From NCBI GenBank assembly GCA_041306075.1, contig JBFYKH010000007.1, positions 8,821-72,820 on the forward strand: a stretch of DNA of 64,000 nt. The letters run 5' to 3'. The stretch's first letter is position 1; each line of letters opens with the position of its first letter. The stretch comes from Candidatus Altiarchaeota archaeon (GTDB lineage Archaea > Altiarchaeota > Altiarchaeia > IMC4 > SCGC-AAA252-I15). Below the pieces are notes generated by a model, which saw only the letters and a list, made by a program, of their open reading frames with translations, had not been told where the DNA came from and did not search any database. Positions 37,292-47,722 of the stretch are shown piece after piece. Position numbers and translations under genes: made by a program.

Positions 37292-37858
37292 TTAATCGAG
37301 TGTCCCGGTCACCGTGACCCTTTCCCCGACGTCTATCTTCGCGAGCGTCTTGACCTTGAATCCGGTCGCCTTGCGGACCGCCTCGACCCCGCCGCCGCGC
37401 TCTATGACGCACACGGCGTCCTTGATTACGGCGCCCCCCGCCCGCAGGGCCTCGATGGTCGCGATGAGCGTCCCCCCCGTGCTCACCACCGCATCCACTA
37501 TGGCGACCACGTCCCCCCTCCTGACGGAGTTCAGGTACATCTTCGACCCGCCGTATCCGGTGCGCTGGTTGAGCTCTATTTCGCCCGGGAGCCCGTACTG
37601 TCTCTTCCTGATTATGTTGAACGGCAGGCCTGTAATCTGCGACAGGACTGCGGACACGTGTATGCCCATCGCCTCCATGGTCACTATGTAGTCGACGTCG
37701 AGGTCCGCGCGCTCCTTGATGGCCTCGCAGACTTCGGCGAGCAGCCGGGGTTCGATGGGCGGTATGCTGTCCGTGAGCTGGTGGATGAAATACGCATACT
37801 CCCCGCGCCTCATCAGAGGCGCAGCCTCTAGCGAGGCCTTCAAAAGGTCAAGTTTCAT
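37292..37858 (-). CDS. Purine phosphoribosyltransferase (archaeal Hpt/Apt-like type I PRTase)
   Basis: 188 aa; PRPP-binding motif VVAIVDAVVSTGGTL. Confidence 0.7.
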   Translation of the reverse strand: MKLDLLKASLEAAPLMRRGEYAYFIHQLTDSIPPIEPRLLAEVCEAIKERADLDVDYIVTMEAMGIHVSAVLSQITGLPFNIIRKRQYGLPGEIELNQRTGYGGSKMYLNSVRRGDVVAIVDAVVSTGGTLIATIEALRAGGAVIKDAVCVIERGGGVEAVRKATGFKVKTLAKIDVGERVTVTGTLD

Positions 37859-39104
37859 TCTTGTCTGCGAGCCTCATCGCCGCCTTCCCCGCCTTCTTGA
37901 GGACCTCCTCCTCCCCCTCTACGATGCCGGACTCCATGATCACCCTGCCGTCGCATATCACCGTGTCGACGCAGCCTCCGGCTGCGCTGTACACGAGGTT
38001 GGATTCGAGGCTGTGGAGCGGGGTCATATCCGGCCTTTTGAGGTTGACGAGCACGATGTCGGCCAGCGCCCCAGGCCGTATCGCGCCGGCCTCAATTCCG
38101 AGGGCGGCAGCCCCATCCGAGGTTGCCATCCGGAGCGCTTCGGCCGCGGGCAGCGCTGTCGGGTCTGAGGTCGCCATCTTCTGCAAGAGGGCCGCGGACT
38201 TCATGGCGCCGAACATGTCCAGGCTGTTGTTGGAGGATGCGCCGTCAGTTCCAAGGGACACCGTGACTCCGGACTTCCTCATCCGGGCGTAATCCATCGT
38301 CCCGCCGACCGAGAGCTTCATGTTCGATGTGGGGCAGTGGGCGACCTTCACGCCGTGCTCCGCCAGCAGCCTTATCTCCCTCCTTGCGAGCCAGACCGCG
38401 TGCGCGCACAGGAGCCTCGGCCCCAGGAACCCTATGTCGGCGAGGTACTCCACCGGCGCCTTCCCGTGCGCCCTCAGGCAGTCGTCCACCTCCTTCCTCG
38501 TCTCGCCGAGGTGGAAGTGGACGTTCAGGCCGCGTCTGTCCGACAGCTCCTTGACCCACCTGAGCCCCTCCTCCGTCACGGTGTATATCGCATGGGGGCC
38601 GAGGGACAAGGAGACCCTGGAGCCCGCCTTCCACCGTTTCGCCTGCCGTTCCGCCTCAGCCCTCTGGGCGGCGGCCTTTCCCCGGCTGAACATGTCGATG
38701 AAGACGCTCGCCAGATGCGCCCTTAAGCCCGAGTCCTCGACCGCCTTCACGGCGCCCTTGACATGCCAGTACATGTCGTTGAAACAGGTCGTCCCTGACT
38801 TGGCCATCTCCAGGCAGGCGAGCCTCGTGCCCCAATAGACGTCCTTCTCGGTCATCTTCGCCTCCACCGGCCAGATGTGGCCCTGCAGCCACTCCGCAAG
38901 CGCCATGTCGTCGGCGTACCCGCGAAGGAGCGTCATCGCAGCGTGCGTGTGCGTGTTCACGAACCCAGGCAGGGCCGCCTTGCCCCTGCCGTCTATGACA
39001 TGCTCGGCCCTCGGCCTCCCCTCGAGCCTCGCAATCCTGTTGCCCTCCACCAGGATGTTCGCCCTCCGGCCGGCGAGGAGGACGTCCTTGACGAGTATGC
39101 TCAT
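37848..39104 (-). CDS. mtaD: 5'-methylthioadenosine/S-adenosylhomocysteine deaminase-like amidohydrolase (MtaD family)
   Basis: About 418 aa from MSILVKD (internal Met of the 461-aa track ORF); ...PGFVNTHTHAAMTLLRG... metal-binding HxH. Confidence 0.8.
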   Translation of the reverse strand: MSILVKDVLLAGRRANILVEGNRIARLEGRPRAEHVIDGRGKAALPGFVNTHTHAAMTLLRGYADDMALAEWLQGHIWPVEAKMTEKDVYWGTRLACLEMAKSGTTCFNDMYWHVKGAVKAVEDSGLRAHLASVFIDMFSRGKAAAQRAEAERQAKRWKAGSRVSLSLGPHAIYTVTEEGLRWVKELSDRRGLNVHFHLGETRKEVDDCLRAHGKAPVEYLADIGFLGPRLLCAHAVWLARREIRLLAEHGVKVAHCPTSNMKLSVGGTMDYARMRKSGVTVSLGTDGASSNNSLDMFGAMKSAALLQKMATSDPTALPAAEALRMATSDGAAALGIEAGAIRPGALADIVLVNLKRPDMTPLHSLESNLVYSAAGGCVDTVICDGRVIMESGIVEGEEEVLKKAGKAAMRLADKNET

Positions 39105-39793
39105 AAACCCTCCCCCGCGAGCGCCTCCAGAACGGCTTCCACCCGCCTCCTGTTCAGTGCGGCATTGGCCTTGATATCCTCCGCATCGAACCGGCCGCCC
39201 GACAGGCCATGGGCCATGTTGTCGACGGAGCATATGGCCGCGTAACCGAGGCCGAGTTCCTGGGCGAGCGTGGCCTCGGAGGCGACCGTCATGCCGACCA
39301 CGTCCGCATAGTCGGAAAGGAGCCTCACCTCCGCCCTCGTCTCCAGCCTCGGCCCCCTGGTCTGGGCGTAAACGCCCGAGTCCACGACCCTGACTTTGGC
39401 CTTCCTGGCGGCCTCTAGTATCCTTGCCCTCAAGCCCGGGTCGAAGGACGGCACGATGTGCTTTACCCTCCTGTCGTGGTACGTCGGCGGCGCGAAATCC
39501 AGGTAGTCGTCTGGCACGACCAGCGTCCCGGGCCTAATCCCCCTCCTGAGGCTGCCGACCGAGCCTACGCCGACCACTTCCACTGCGTACCTCGACAGCG
39601 CCAGCATGTTCGCCCTGTGGTTGATTCTGTGCGGAGGCGCTCCTCCATGGTGCCTAAAGAGGAGCGCGTACCCTCCCCCCACCGTGAGGGGGGCCCCGCC
39701 GTACCGGGTCCGGGCCCGGACGCTCCTGCCGCCCGAAGCCAGGGCGGTGCCTTCGAGCACGCCGCCCCCCGAGACCCCGAGCAGATTCCGCAT
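39101..39793 (-). CDS. mtnP: S-methyl-5'-thioadenosine phosphorylase (MTAP / PNP family)
   Basis: About 230 aa from MRNLLGVSGGG (P-loop-like GxxGGxG); ...INHRANMLAL... motif; the track ORF extends upstream to 39835. Confidence 0.8.
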   Translation of the reverse strand: MRNLLGVSGGGVLEGTALASGGRSVRARTRYGGAPLTVGGGYALLFRHHGGAPPHRINHRANMLALSRYAVEVVGVGSVGSLRRGIRPGTLVVPDDYLDFAPPTYHDRRVKHIVPSFDPGLRARILEAARKAKVRVVDSGVYAQTRGPRLETRAEVRLLSDYADVVGMTVASEATLAQELGLGYAAICSVDNMAHGLSGGRFDAEDIKANAALNRRRVEAVLEALAGEGL

Positions 39794-39828
39794 CCCTTTA
39801 TTTATCCCAGCGCAGATAATTAAAGGAA

Positions 39829-40299
39829 ATGTCATTCCTGGAGCGGCTCAAATCGGTTGTTTCGCGGATAAGGTGGAAGTCGGTCTTCGCCCTCCTGCTC
39901 CTTGCCGCTACTGCCTACGTCGTCGTAGAGGCCCTTCCCGGGGGCTACGCGGTCGGCGGCGACGTCGGAATCAGGGTGTCGGCCGACCCCCCTGAAGTCT
40001 CCCCGGGCGGGTCCGCCATGCTGGACGTGGAGCTCAAGAACCTGAGGGAGAGCCGCGACATGGCGATTATAGTCTCCGGCCAGACGTACGACCCGAACGT
40101 GTACTTCGACGACACCTACGCCCAGACGTACGGGAGCCGCTCGATAAACATCGGCCCGCAGGAGACAAGGAAGCTGACACTCAAGGTCCGGGTGAAGCCC
40201 GAGGCATTGCAGGGCAGCTACGTGATAGACTTCAAGGCGACGCCGCAGGACTCCGGCGGCGCAGAGACACGGCTGGCCATTGACGTCGAGCGGTCCTGA
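39829..40299 (+). CDS. Secreted/membrane-anchored protein with Ig-like (CARDB/DUF11-like) domain
   Basis: 156 aa; N-terminal hydrophobic anchor. Confidence 0.4.
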   Translation: MSFLERLKSVVSRIRWKSVFALLLLAATAYVVVEALPGGYAVGGDVGIRVSADPPEVSPGGSAMLDVELKNLRESRDMAIIVSGQTYDPNVYFDDTYAQTYGSRSINIGPQETRKLTLKVRVKPEALQGSYVIDFKATPQDSGGAETRLAIDVERS

Positions 40300-40302
40300 A
40301 CG

Positions 40303-43300
40303 TCACATGAAGTCGGCGAGGCTGACCTGCTTCTTGAGGTCGTTGGTCGTCAGCGACGCCACGTCCCTCTCCAGGAGCCTGAGCCTGGACTTGAGGTAGT
40401 CCGAGAGGTTGTACTTCTCAGCGAGCTCCATGGACATCTTCAGGTACTTGGTGATGTTGCCCTGGCTGACTGTCAAGAGCAGCCGTCCCCCGCAGACGCT
40501 GCACTTGCCAGCGAGCGGCGCCCTCCGGTAGTTGGCGTTGCACTTCACGCACCTGAAGTGCTGCCTGCTGAACGCCCTCAGGTTCCCGTACGTGTCCCTT
40601 AGGAAGTGGGAGTTGATGACTATCTCGGCGACGTCGCGCTCGTCGATTGCCCTTATCTTCTCGGCCACGGCGAGCTGGGCCTTTATCTTGTCCGGCATGC
40701 TGTTCAGGGTCACGTACCTGCTCCGGGTGACGGGGCCGGTTATGTCCCCGGTGTCGTGCGTGAAGGGTATGCCGGAGTACGGGTTCGTGTCGAGTATCTT
40801 CGCGACCGTCCTCACGCCCGCATCGGACGGGTTGGCGCCCTCGAGCGTCTTCTCGTAGAACGCGCAGCCGTACGACTCGACTATCTCCATCTTATGGGCC
40901 TCGTCGTCTATCTCCCGGGGGTTCATGACGCTCGTCACGACGAGCGGCGCGTCCATCTTCCCGCCCCTCTTCTCCGGCAGGTAGCTCCGGGAGAAGTTCA
41001 GGAGCATGTCCATCACGAGCATTATGCTGTCCTCGTCGCCGTCCGCGTTCCTGCGCTTCGCCGCATGCCAGAACGGGTGCGCGTATATGACGTTCGCCTT
41101 CGTGTAGCCGATTACCCTGCCTATTATCGCCGCCGAGGTGTGGGGCGCGAGGCCTGCGACCAGGTGGCCCACCATCTGCCTCCTGTCCTCAAGCCTGTAG
41201 TAAGGGTCGAGCCTGTAGAACTTCCTCAACAGGTCGTCGACGAACCGCGTGACCTTGACCATGTAGTCGCCGCAGTACTCGGAGACGACTATGTCCTGCG
41301 TCTTCAGCTCCAGCACCTGCTCGTCGCTCACGAGCGGCTCCCCCCGCCAGTCCCTCTCGTACCCTAATTTGACGAGCTCCGCCGCCGCGACCCCCACCTC
41401 CCTCGGCCTGAAGTGCGTGAGCGGCGCGTCGGTGGCGTCGAAGCGTATCGTCCCGTCCTTGAAGACGTAGACTTCGTTCAACGCCCTCAGGAGGCCCTTC
41501 TCGAGCGGCTCCGGGACCTTGCTGGCCGATATCATGCCGACGACGCCCTTGACGGCGGTGCTCTTGCCCACCGTCTTCACCGCCCTGTCCCAGTGCTCCT
41601 TCACGTCGATGCCGGTCCTGGCGTACTTCTTCGTCGAGGCATTGCACTTCGGGCACGACTCGAGGTTGCCGGTGTAGCCGCACTGGCTGCAGACCCTGAG
41701 ACCGAGCGTCGGCTGGCCGCAGTCAGTGCAGAACGGCGTCACGGCCCTCATCTTGCAGTTGGGGCAGACGTACTGGGAGACCTCGACCTCCACCTTCCGC
41801 ACCTCGGCGGCGGCGTTCACGCTCCTCTCCCTCCCCCCGGCCTCGCCTATCGGGAACAGGGCGTGCACCGCCGGTTGCATCCTCCTCTCCTTCGCCTTCT
41901 CGGGCCTGCCCATCCTGCAGCCTATGTAGACTCCGCACTTGTCCCTCAGCCTAACCCGGCTCGCCGCCGTGGCGAGCTCGAGGCCCGTGGCCTCCGGCTT
42001 AAGCTTCGCGTATTCCTCCTTCAGCCTGGCGAAGCCAAGCCCCTCTGCTCCGAGCTGGGCGAGGAGGGGCGCGGCCTCGTCAATGACTACCCTGCCGTCC
42101 GAGACCCTGTGGGGGACGCCCGTCACCTCGAGCGTCCTCTTGGCGTCCTTGTCGTCGTTTGGCACCTCGAGCGCGCCGGCGAGCCTGCCTTTGGCCAGCC
42201 AGGAGGCGAGGGCCGTCACCTCGGCCGCCGTGACGTCCCTCCACCTGTAGGTGTACCTCGGATGCAGGGGCTTGCCGTCCTTCAGGGCGGCTTCGACGGC
42301 GTCCTCCGGGCCGGCCACGCCCTTGAGCCCGGTCTCGTCGGCCCACCATTCCTCCACGTACCCGGACTGGAGGAGCTTAGTGTTGGTCTGGAGGAAGTCG
42401 CCGTAGGAGACGAGTATGTCGCCGAGGAAGAGTATCTCCTCGACATTCTCGTAGACCTCGTGGGCCTTCTCCCTCGAGTCGACGATGACGACGTCGCCCC
42501 CCTTCAGCCTGACGATGGGGCCCTCGACGGTGTCGCATTCGGTGACCACGCAGCCTTTGCCGGGCTTCTCCACCTTAACCTGGGTCCCCGTGGCTATGAA
42601 GTCGTCGAGCAGTATCATCGTCGCCGGGTGGATGGACTTCGCGGCTATGCCGTTGCTCCTCGAATGGCCGTACCTCAGCCTGAAGCCGCCCTTCGCGGAC
42701 GGCGCGGAGAATATCGGCCTGCCGCCGACGACCTCGTCCATGAAGCGGGCTGTCGGCTTCTCGGAATCCTTCCTCTCAGGCCCCTTCTTGATGGCGCCGA
42801 GCCAGCCCCAGTTGAGGCCAAGCCTCTCCGCGTGCTTGATTATCTTCCTGCTCTTCTGCGCGATGCCCTCGGCTATGACGAGGCACATGCCGCCGCGTAT
42901 CCTGTTGGAGCCTATCCTCTCAAGGTCCCTGTGCACCTGCACCTCCAGGTCCTCCGTCGGGTCGCCGTCGACGCAGACCGCGAGGCTCGCCAGTATCCCC
43001 CTCACCTCGTCCTCGGACGGCGTGTACTGCAGCCTCGCCACCCTCTCGTCGTAGAGCTTGATCTCCTCCACGTACCTCTCGACCTCGTCGCCGGTGGGCC
43101 TGTACTCCGCCAACCCGACCTTTGTCCGTATGTAGTCGCCAACCAGGACCGCGAGCCCCTGCGCCGTCCCCCCGGCGCTCCGTATCGGCCCCGCGAAGTA
43201 CACGCTCAGGTACTCGCTCTCGTCCGGGTTCTTCTTCACCTTCACCCCGGATATCCCCTCTATCGGCGCGGCCACCACGCCCTCTGTGATGACGGCCAAG

Positions 43301-43599
43301 AGCGTCCTCAAGACCTGCTCGATATGCGCCTCCCGCCTCTCCTTAGAAGCGTACTCCCCCGGCTTCAGCATCGCGTCGATAATCTCCGCGGTGTTGTCCC
43401 TCCCTATCTCCCGGATGAGCCTGGCAATCCCCGGCGGCCCCACAAGCCCCTCGACCCGGTCCGCCAGGTCGCCGGCCTCCAGGGCCTCCACCGTCGTCTC
43501 CGGGTCGTATCCCCTCGTCCTGGCCCTCCCCGAGAGGTCGTACATCCGGCTTATGTCCTCGCGCAGCCGCCCGTGGTACTTTTCAGTCTCCGCGTCCAT
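40303..43599 (-). CDS. polC: DNA polymerase II (PolD) large subunit DP2
   Basis: 1098 aa; ...YFAGPIRSAGGTAQG...; Cys clusters CPNCKMRAVTPFCTDCGQPT, CSQCGY, CPKC; no intein. Confidence 0.9.
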   Translation of the reverse strand: MDAETEKYHGRLREDISRMYDLSGRARTRGYDPETTVEALEAGDLADRVEGLVGPPGIARLIREIGRDNTAEIIDAMLKPGEYASKERREAHIEQVLRTLLAVITEGVVAAPIEGISGVKVKKNPDESEYLSVYFAGPIRSAGGTAQGLAVLVGDYIRTKVGLAEYRPTGDEVERYVEEIKLYDERVARLQYTPSEDEVRGILASLAVCVDGDPTEDLEVQVHRDLERIGSNRIRGGMCLVIAEGIAQKSRKIIKHAERLGLNWGWLGAIKKGPERKDSEKPTARFMDEVVGGRPIFSAPSAKGGFRLRYGHSRSNGIAAKSIHPATMILLDDFIATGTQVKVEKPGKGCVVTECDTVEGPIVRLKGGDVVIVDSREKAHEVYENVEEILFLGDILVSYGDFLQTNTKLLQSGYVEEWWADETGLKGVAGPEDAVEAALKDGKPLHPRYTYRWRDVTAAEVTALASWLAKGRLAGALEVPNDDKDAKRTLEVTGVPHRVSDGRVVIDEAAPLLAQLGAEGLGFARLKEEYAKLKPEATGLELATAASRVRLRDKCGVYIGCRMGRPEKAKERRMQPAVHALFPIGEAGGRERSVNAAAEVRKVEVEVSQYVCPNCKMRAVTPFCTDCGQPTLGLRVCSQCGYTGNLESCPKCNASTKKYARTGIDVKEHWDRAVKTVGKSTAVKGVVGMISASKVPEPLEKGLLRALNEVYVFKDGTIRFDATDAPLTHFRPREVGVAAAELVKLGYERDWRGEPLVSDEQVLELKTQDIVVSEYCGDYMVKVTRFVDDLLRKFYRLDPYYRLEDRRQMVGHLVAGLAPHTSAAIIGRVIGYTKANVIYAHPFWHAAKRRNADGDEDSIMLVMDMLLNFSRSYLPEKRGGKMDAPLVVTSVMNPREIDDEAHKMEIVESYGCAFYEKTLEGANPSDAGVRTVAKILDTNPYSGIPFTHDTGDITGPVTRSRYVTLNSMPDKIKAQLAVAEKIRAIDERDVAEIVINSHFLRDTYGNLRAFSRQHFRCVKCNANYRRAPLAGKCSVCGGRLLLTVSQGNITKYLKMSMELAEKYNLSDYLKSRLRLLERDVASLTTNDLKKQVSLADFM

Positions 43600-45073
43600 C
43601 CCCGTTGAAATCCAGCATCGTGACCTCGTGGTTCTGCAGGTTCATCACCGGGACCAAGGCAGGCGTCGGCTGGTGGCCGAGCCTCTCCTGGAACGCAGTC
43701 TTCGCCTGCCACGTCCCAGAGTTTATGACGTTGACTCCCCTGTACTGCGTGTAGCCGTTGGTGTGGACGTGCCCGCAGTGGAAGACGTCGGGCACGTCCC
43801 CTATGAACATGTAGTCCTTGTTCTCCGGCGAGAGGTTGTCGGAGCCGTACGTCGGGGCCAGATGCCTTCTCCTCAGGAGCTCTATCATCGCGGTCTCCGG
43901 CCTCGCGTAGCTGCAGCCGGATATGCCCCCTATTATCGTGTCGAGCGATGTCCCGTGGTACATCAGGAACTCGACCCCGTGGGCGGAGAGCCTCACCGGG
44001 TTCCCCACGACGTGGACGTTGGGCATCTGGTACAGCCTCGGCGCCAGGTCCATGGCGACCTTAGGCTGGGGCTCAGCGTTCCTCGCGGCGTCGTGGTTGC
44101 CCATCGACAGGACCACCTCTATGTGCTGGGGAATCTCAGAAAGCAGCATGCCGAGGAACTCGTACTGCTTCACGATGTCCGGCATGGTGAGCTCCTTCTC
44201 CTGGTCCGGGTATATGCCTATGCCGTCCACGAGGTCGCCGGCCACGAAGACGTACTTCACCCTCCAGGCTATGTCCTGCCTGCCGCCCCTGCCGTTAAGC
44301 CACTCTATGAAGCTCTGAAATTCCCTCTCCAGGAACAGGTAGCTGCCCACATGGACGTCCGAGAGGAAGACCGCGTACACGTCCTCGTCCGCGTACTTCC
44401 TGGCGTGGTTCAGGGGGACATCTGGCTGGTTTATCTCAGAGGCTATGAACAGGTCCCCCCTCAGGATGCCCTCGAAGCCCAAGACCTCGTCGGGCAGAAT
44501 CCTCTCCCAGACGCCGCCCAGGTTCTCGCTCTTGTCCGACAGAAGGACCGTCAGTTCGCCGGTCTGGTCCTCCACCTCGAGGAAGCGGTTGCCCTTGTTC
44601 TTGCCCTCCCTCTTCTCACGCACCATGGCTATCATCCTGGCCTTCTCCTTGGGGGCCGACTTCCGGAGGGCGTCGATGTTCATCGCGCTCCTGTACTCCA
44701 TCCGCTCCAGGAGGACCCTCCTGAGGTTCTCGTAGCGGGCGTTGAAGTACCCTATGAAATCCTCCATCGTGCCGGAGCACGTGCTCTTGCCGCTGACGTC
44801 GCTGTCCTCGTAGATGACGAGCCTCGAGGGCATGTCGCAAGCCGGAGGCCTGCCAGGGATGCCACCGGACTCCCCGGCCCCATCGCACACCGGCGCCTTA
44901 GCCCTAGCCTCAAGGTCGACGAGCTCTGGCTTCACGAACCATTCGCCCGACTCCTTCGCCCTCCTGAATACGGCTTCGCAGTCCAGCCCCTCGTCGGCCA
45001 TCCTCTCCAGCGCTGCCGACGACAGTATGAGGCCCTTCTCTGAGGCCCTGCGGCTAATCTCCCTTCTATCCAC
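43583..45073 (-). CDS. polB: DNA polymerase II (PolD) small subunit DP1
   Basis: 496 aa; calcineurin-like phosphoesterase motifs VFVAGDLVDG, LSMGNHD, HCGHVH; 17-nt overlap with the DP2 start. Confidence 0.85.
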   Translation of the reverse strand: MDRREISRRASEKGLILSSAALERMADEGLDCEAVFRRAKESGEWFVKPELVDLEARAKAPVCDGAGESGGIPGRPPACDMPSRLVIYEDSDVSGKSTCSGTMEDFIGYFNARYENLRRVLLERMEYRSAMNIDALRKSAPKEKARMIAMVREKREGKNKGNRFLEVEDQTGELTVLLSDKSENLGGVWERILPDEVLGFEGILRGDLFIASEINQPDVPLNHARKYADEDVYAVFLSDVHVGSYLFLEREFQSFIEWLNGRGGRQDIAWRVKYVFVAGDLVDGIGIYPDQEKELTMPDIVKQYEFLGMLLSEIPQHIEVVLSMGNHDAARNAEPQPKVAMDLAPRLYQMPNVHVVGNPVRLSAHGVEFLMYHGTSLDTIIGGISGCSYARPETAMIELLRRRHLAPTYGSDNLSPENKDYMFIGDVPDVFHCGHVHTNGYTQYRGVNVINSGTWQAKTAFQERLGHQPTPALVPVMNLQNHEVTMLDFNGDGRGD

Positions 45074-45084
45074 CCTTCTATCTC

Positions 45085-46011
45085 CTATTTCACCAGGATA
45101 TGCTTGACCTTTTCCACTACGACGAGGCCCGCGTTCACCTGGCCCTCGTTCGTGTTCGCCCCCAGGTGCGGGACGACGACTATGTTGTCGAGCGAGAGGA
45201 GCGGGCTGCCCGTAGGCGGCTCGTTCTTGTACACGTCGAGCGCGGCGCCCGCAATCCTCCTCTCCTTCAGCGCCCTGTGCAGCGCGTCCTCGTCGACCGC
45301 GTGCCCCCGGGACGTGTTTATCAGCACCGCCGTAGGCTTCATCAGCGAGAGCGTCCTCTCGTTGATGAGGTCCCGCGTCGCCGGCAGCGCGGGAACGTGC
45401 ACGCTCACCACGTCCGCCCCCCTCAGGAGGTCGTCCAACTCCATCAGCTTCGCGTTGAACTCCCTCGCGTCCTCGCTCGTCAGCATGGGGTCGTAGGCGA
45501 CCACCTTCATGCCGAAGGCCCTCGCCCTCAAAGCCACCTCCCGACCTATCCTCCCGAACCCTATGAGGCCGAGCGTCTTCCCGTACAATTCGCTGCCCAT
45601 AATCTTCCTGTCCCAGAGCCCCTGCCTGAGCCCCCTCTCCGCCTTAGGTATGTGCCGAAGGAGGCAGAGCATGAGGGCGAAGGCATGCTCTGCGACGCTG
45701 ATGGTCGAAGCCTCCGGGGAGTTCACGACCTCCACGCCCCTCTCCTTGGCGGCGTCCCGGTCGACGTTGTCCAGGCCCACGCCTGCCCTTCCTATGACCC
45801 TAAGCCTCCCCGCGGCCTCTATGACTCGCCTTGTGACCTTGGGCTTGCTGCGCACCAGTATCGCGTCGTAGCCGCCTATGACGCCCACCAGCTCGTCCTC
45901 GGTAAGTTCAGGCTTAACGTCCACATCCGCGAATTCCCTGGCCTTGGCAAGCGCCGAATCGTGTATCCTGCTTGCCGAAAGTATCCTCGGCTTCATGGGT
46001 GAATATATCAC
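45085..46011 (-). CDS. serA: D-isomer-specific 2-hydroxyacid dehydrogenase (SerA-like D-3-phosphoglycerate dehydrogenase)
   Basis: 308 aa; NAD-binding GLIGFGRIGREVA, catalytic R/E/H pattern. Confidence 0.8.
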   Translation of the reverse strand: MIYSPMKPRILSASRIHDSALAKAREFADVDVKPELTEDELVGVIGGYDAILVRSKPKVTRRVIEAAGRLRVIGRAGVGLDNVDRDAAKERGVEVVNSPEASTISVAEHAFALMLCLLRHIPKAERGLRQGLWDRKIMGSELYGKTLGLIGFGRIGREVALRARAFGMKVVAYDPMLTSEDAREFNAKLMELDDLLRGADVVSVHVPALPATRDLINERTLSLMKPTAVLINTSRGHAVDEDALHRALKERRIAGAALDVYKNEPPTGSPLLSLDNIVVVPHLGANTNEGQVNAGLVVVEKVKHILVK

Positions 46012-46047
46012 AAGACATTAATATTAACCCTAGGACAATATGTTACA

Positions 46048-46968
46048 ATGCCCGATTATAGCGTCAATCTGGCCGGTTTAAGGCTCAGGAATCCTGTCAT
46101 ACTGGCGTCCGGGATAATGGGCTCGGACCTGGCGTCGCTTCGGAAGGTGGCGTCGGCGGGCGCCGGCGCGGTCACGACCAAGTCCATAACCCTGATGCCC
46201 AGGAAAGGCCACGACAACCCGACGCTCGTCGAGGTGGAGGGCGGCTTCCTCAACTGCATAGGCTACAGCAACATGGGCCTGGAAAACGCCAAATCCGAGT
46301 ACCTCAAGGTGCCGGACCTCCCGGTCCCGGCAATACTGAGCGTGGTCGCCGAGGACTCGGCTGGATTCGCGAAAATGGCAGGGGAGCTGGCGCCCCTCGG
46401 ATTCTCCGCGGTCGAGGCGGTGCTCTCATGTCCCCACACCCCCGGATACGGTCTCCTGGCGGGGCACGGCACCCCAGAGGCTACATACGATATTACTCGG
46501 GCGGTGAAGGAGGCGGTCAAGGTGCCGGTCTTCGTGAAGCTCTCCCCCAACACCCCCTGCCTCGGCGAAATCTCCAAGGCGGCGGCGTCCGCAGGCGCCG
46601 ACGCCATCAACATGGGCAACAGCCTCGGCCCAGGCATGGTCATAGACACAGGCTTCGCGAAACCAGTCCTCTCCTACAGCGTGGGCGGCATGAGCGGGAA
46701 AGCCATCAAGCCCATCGCAGTCAGATGCGTGTGGGACGTGTGGGAGGCGACGGGGGGGAAGACTCCCATAATCGGGACGGGCGGAGTCACGACCGGCCTG
46801 GACGCGGTCGAGATGATGCTAGCCGGAGCGTCGGCTGTGGGCGTCGGGACGGCGGTCCACTACCGGGGCCTCGGAGTGTTCAGGGACATACCCTCTGAAA
46901 TCAAGTCTTACATGGGCGAACGAGGCATAGGCTCGTTAAAGGAGCTCGTGGGGGCGGCGCATGGATAA
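46048..46968 (+). CDS. pyrD: Dihydroorotate dehydrogenase, catalytic subunit (class 1B)
   Basis: 306 aa; ...NPVILASG...GAVTTKSIT... and ...GTGGV..G.DA.E motifs. Confidence 0.85.
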   Translation: MPDYSVNLAGLRLRNPVILASGIMGSDLASLRKVASAGAGAVTTKSITLMPRKGHDNPTLVEVEGGFLNCIGYSNMGLENAKSEYLKVPDLPVPAILSVVAEDSAGFAKMAGELAPLGFSAVEAVLSCPHTPGYGLLAGHGTPEATYDITRAVKEAVKVPVFVKLSPNTPCLGEISKAAASAGADAINMGNSLGPGMVIDTGFAKPVLSYSVGGMSGKAIKPIAVRCVWDVWEATGGKTPIIGTGGVTTGLDAVEMMLAGASAVGVGTAVHYRGLGVFRDIPSEIKSYMGERGIGSLKELVGAAHG

Positions 46969-47722
46969 GCCGGCGATGGTGAAGGTCACGGACGCGAAAA
47001 AGCTGACGCCGTTGCACACGCAGCTCACGCTCAACGTCGCCGCCCTGGCGGAGCCGGGCCAGTTCTGCATGGTATGGCTGCCGGGCGTGAACGAGAAGCC
47101 CATGAGCTACAGCAACACCGACGGCAAGGCCCAGATAACAGTGAAACGGCTCGGCGACTTCACAAGGAAACTGTGCGAGCTGAAGAAAGGCTCGGAGCTC
47201 GGATACCGCGGCCCATACGGCCGCGGCTTCGAGCCGGTGAAAGGCAGGGTGTGCATCGTCGGAGGCGGCTGCGGCATAGCCCCCCTCAGGCCCCTCAAGG
47301 ACGTCCTGAAAGGCGACGTCGTCATATCCGCGAAGACGGCGTCGGAACTCCTCTTCGACAACGAGTTCCGGAAGGCGGGCTGGCGGGTCCACATCGCCAC
47401 CGACGACGGAAGCCGCGGCGACAAGGCGTACGCAACCCAGGTCCTGGAGAAGCTCCTCGCCAAGAACCGGTACAAGTGCGTGTACGTCTGCGGCCCCGAG
47501 GTCATGCTAAGGAAGGCCCAGGAGGCGTGCATCCGGAGCAAGACACCCTGCCAGCTGTCCCTTGAGCGCCACATGAAATGCGGCGTCGGGATATGCGGCT
47601 CCTGCACGGTGGGCGGCATGAGGGTGTGCAAGGAGGGCCCGGTGTTCTGGGCCGGGCAGCTGAGGGGGACCGAGTTCGGCTCGTACACGCGGGATGCATC
47701 AGGCTCAAGGAGGGATTTTTGA
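46961..47722 (+). CDS. pyrK: Dihydroorotate dehydrogenase electron-transfer subunit
   Basis: 253 aa; FAD/NAD-binding fold plus C-terminal [2Fe-2S] CGVGICGSC. Confidence 0.8.
   Translation: MDKPAMVKVTDAKKLTPLHTQLTLNVAALAEPGQFCMVWLPGVNEKPMSYSNTDGKAQITVKRLGDFTRKLCELKKGSELGYRGPYGRGFEPVKGRVCIVGGGCGIAPLRPLKDVLKGDVVISAKTASELLFDNEFRKAGWRVHIATDDGSRGDKAYATQVLEKLLAKNRYKCVYVCGPEVMLRKAQEACIRSKTPCQLSLERHMKCGVGICGSCTVGGMRVCKEGPVFWAGQLRGTEFGSYTRDASGSRRDF

Noticed and set aside
41413-45043. 731-aa and 585-aa plus-strand ORFs antisense to PolD DP2 and DP1
   Set aside because: PolD subunits are unambiguous on the minus strand; these are GC-driven shadow ORFs.
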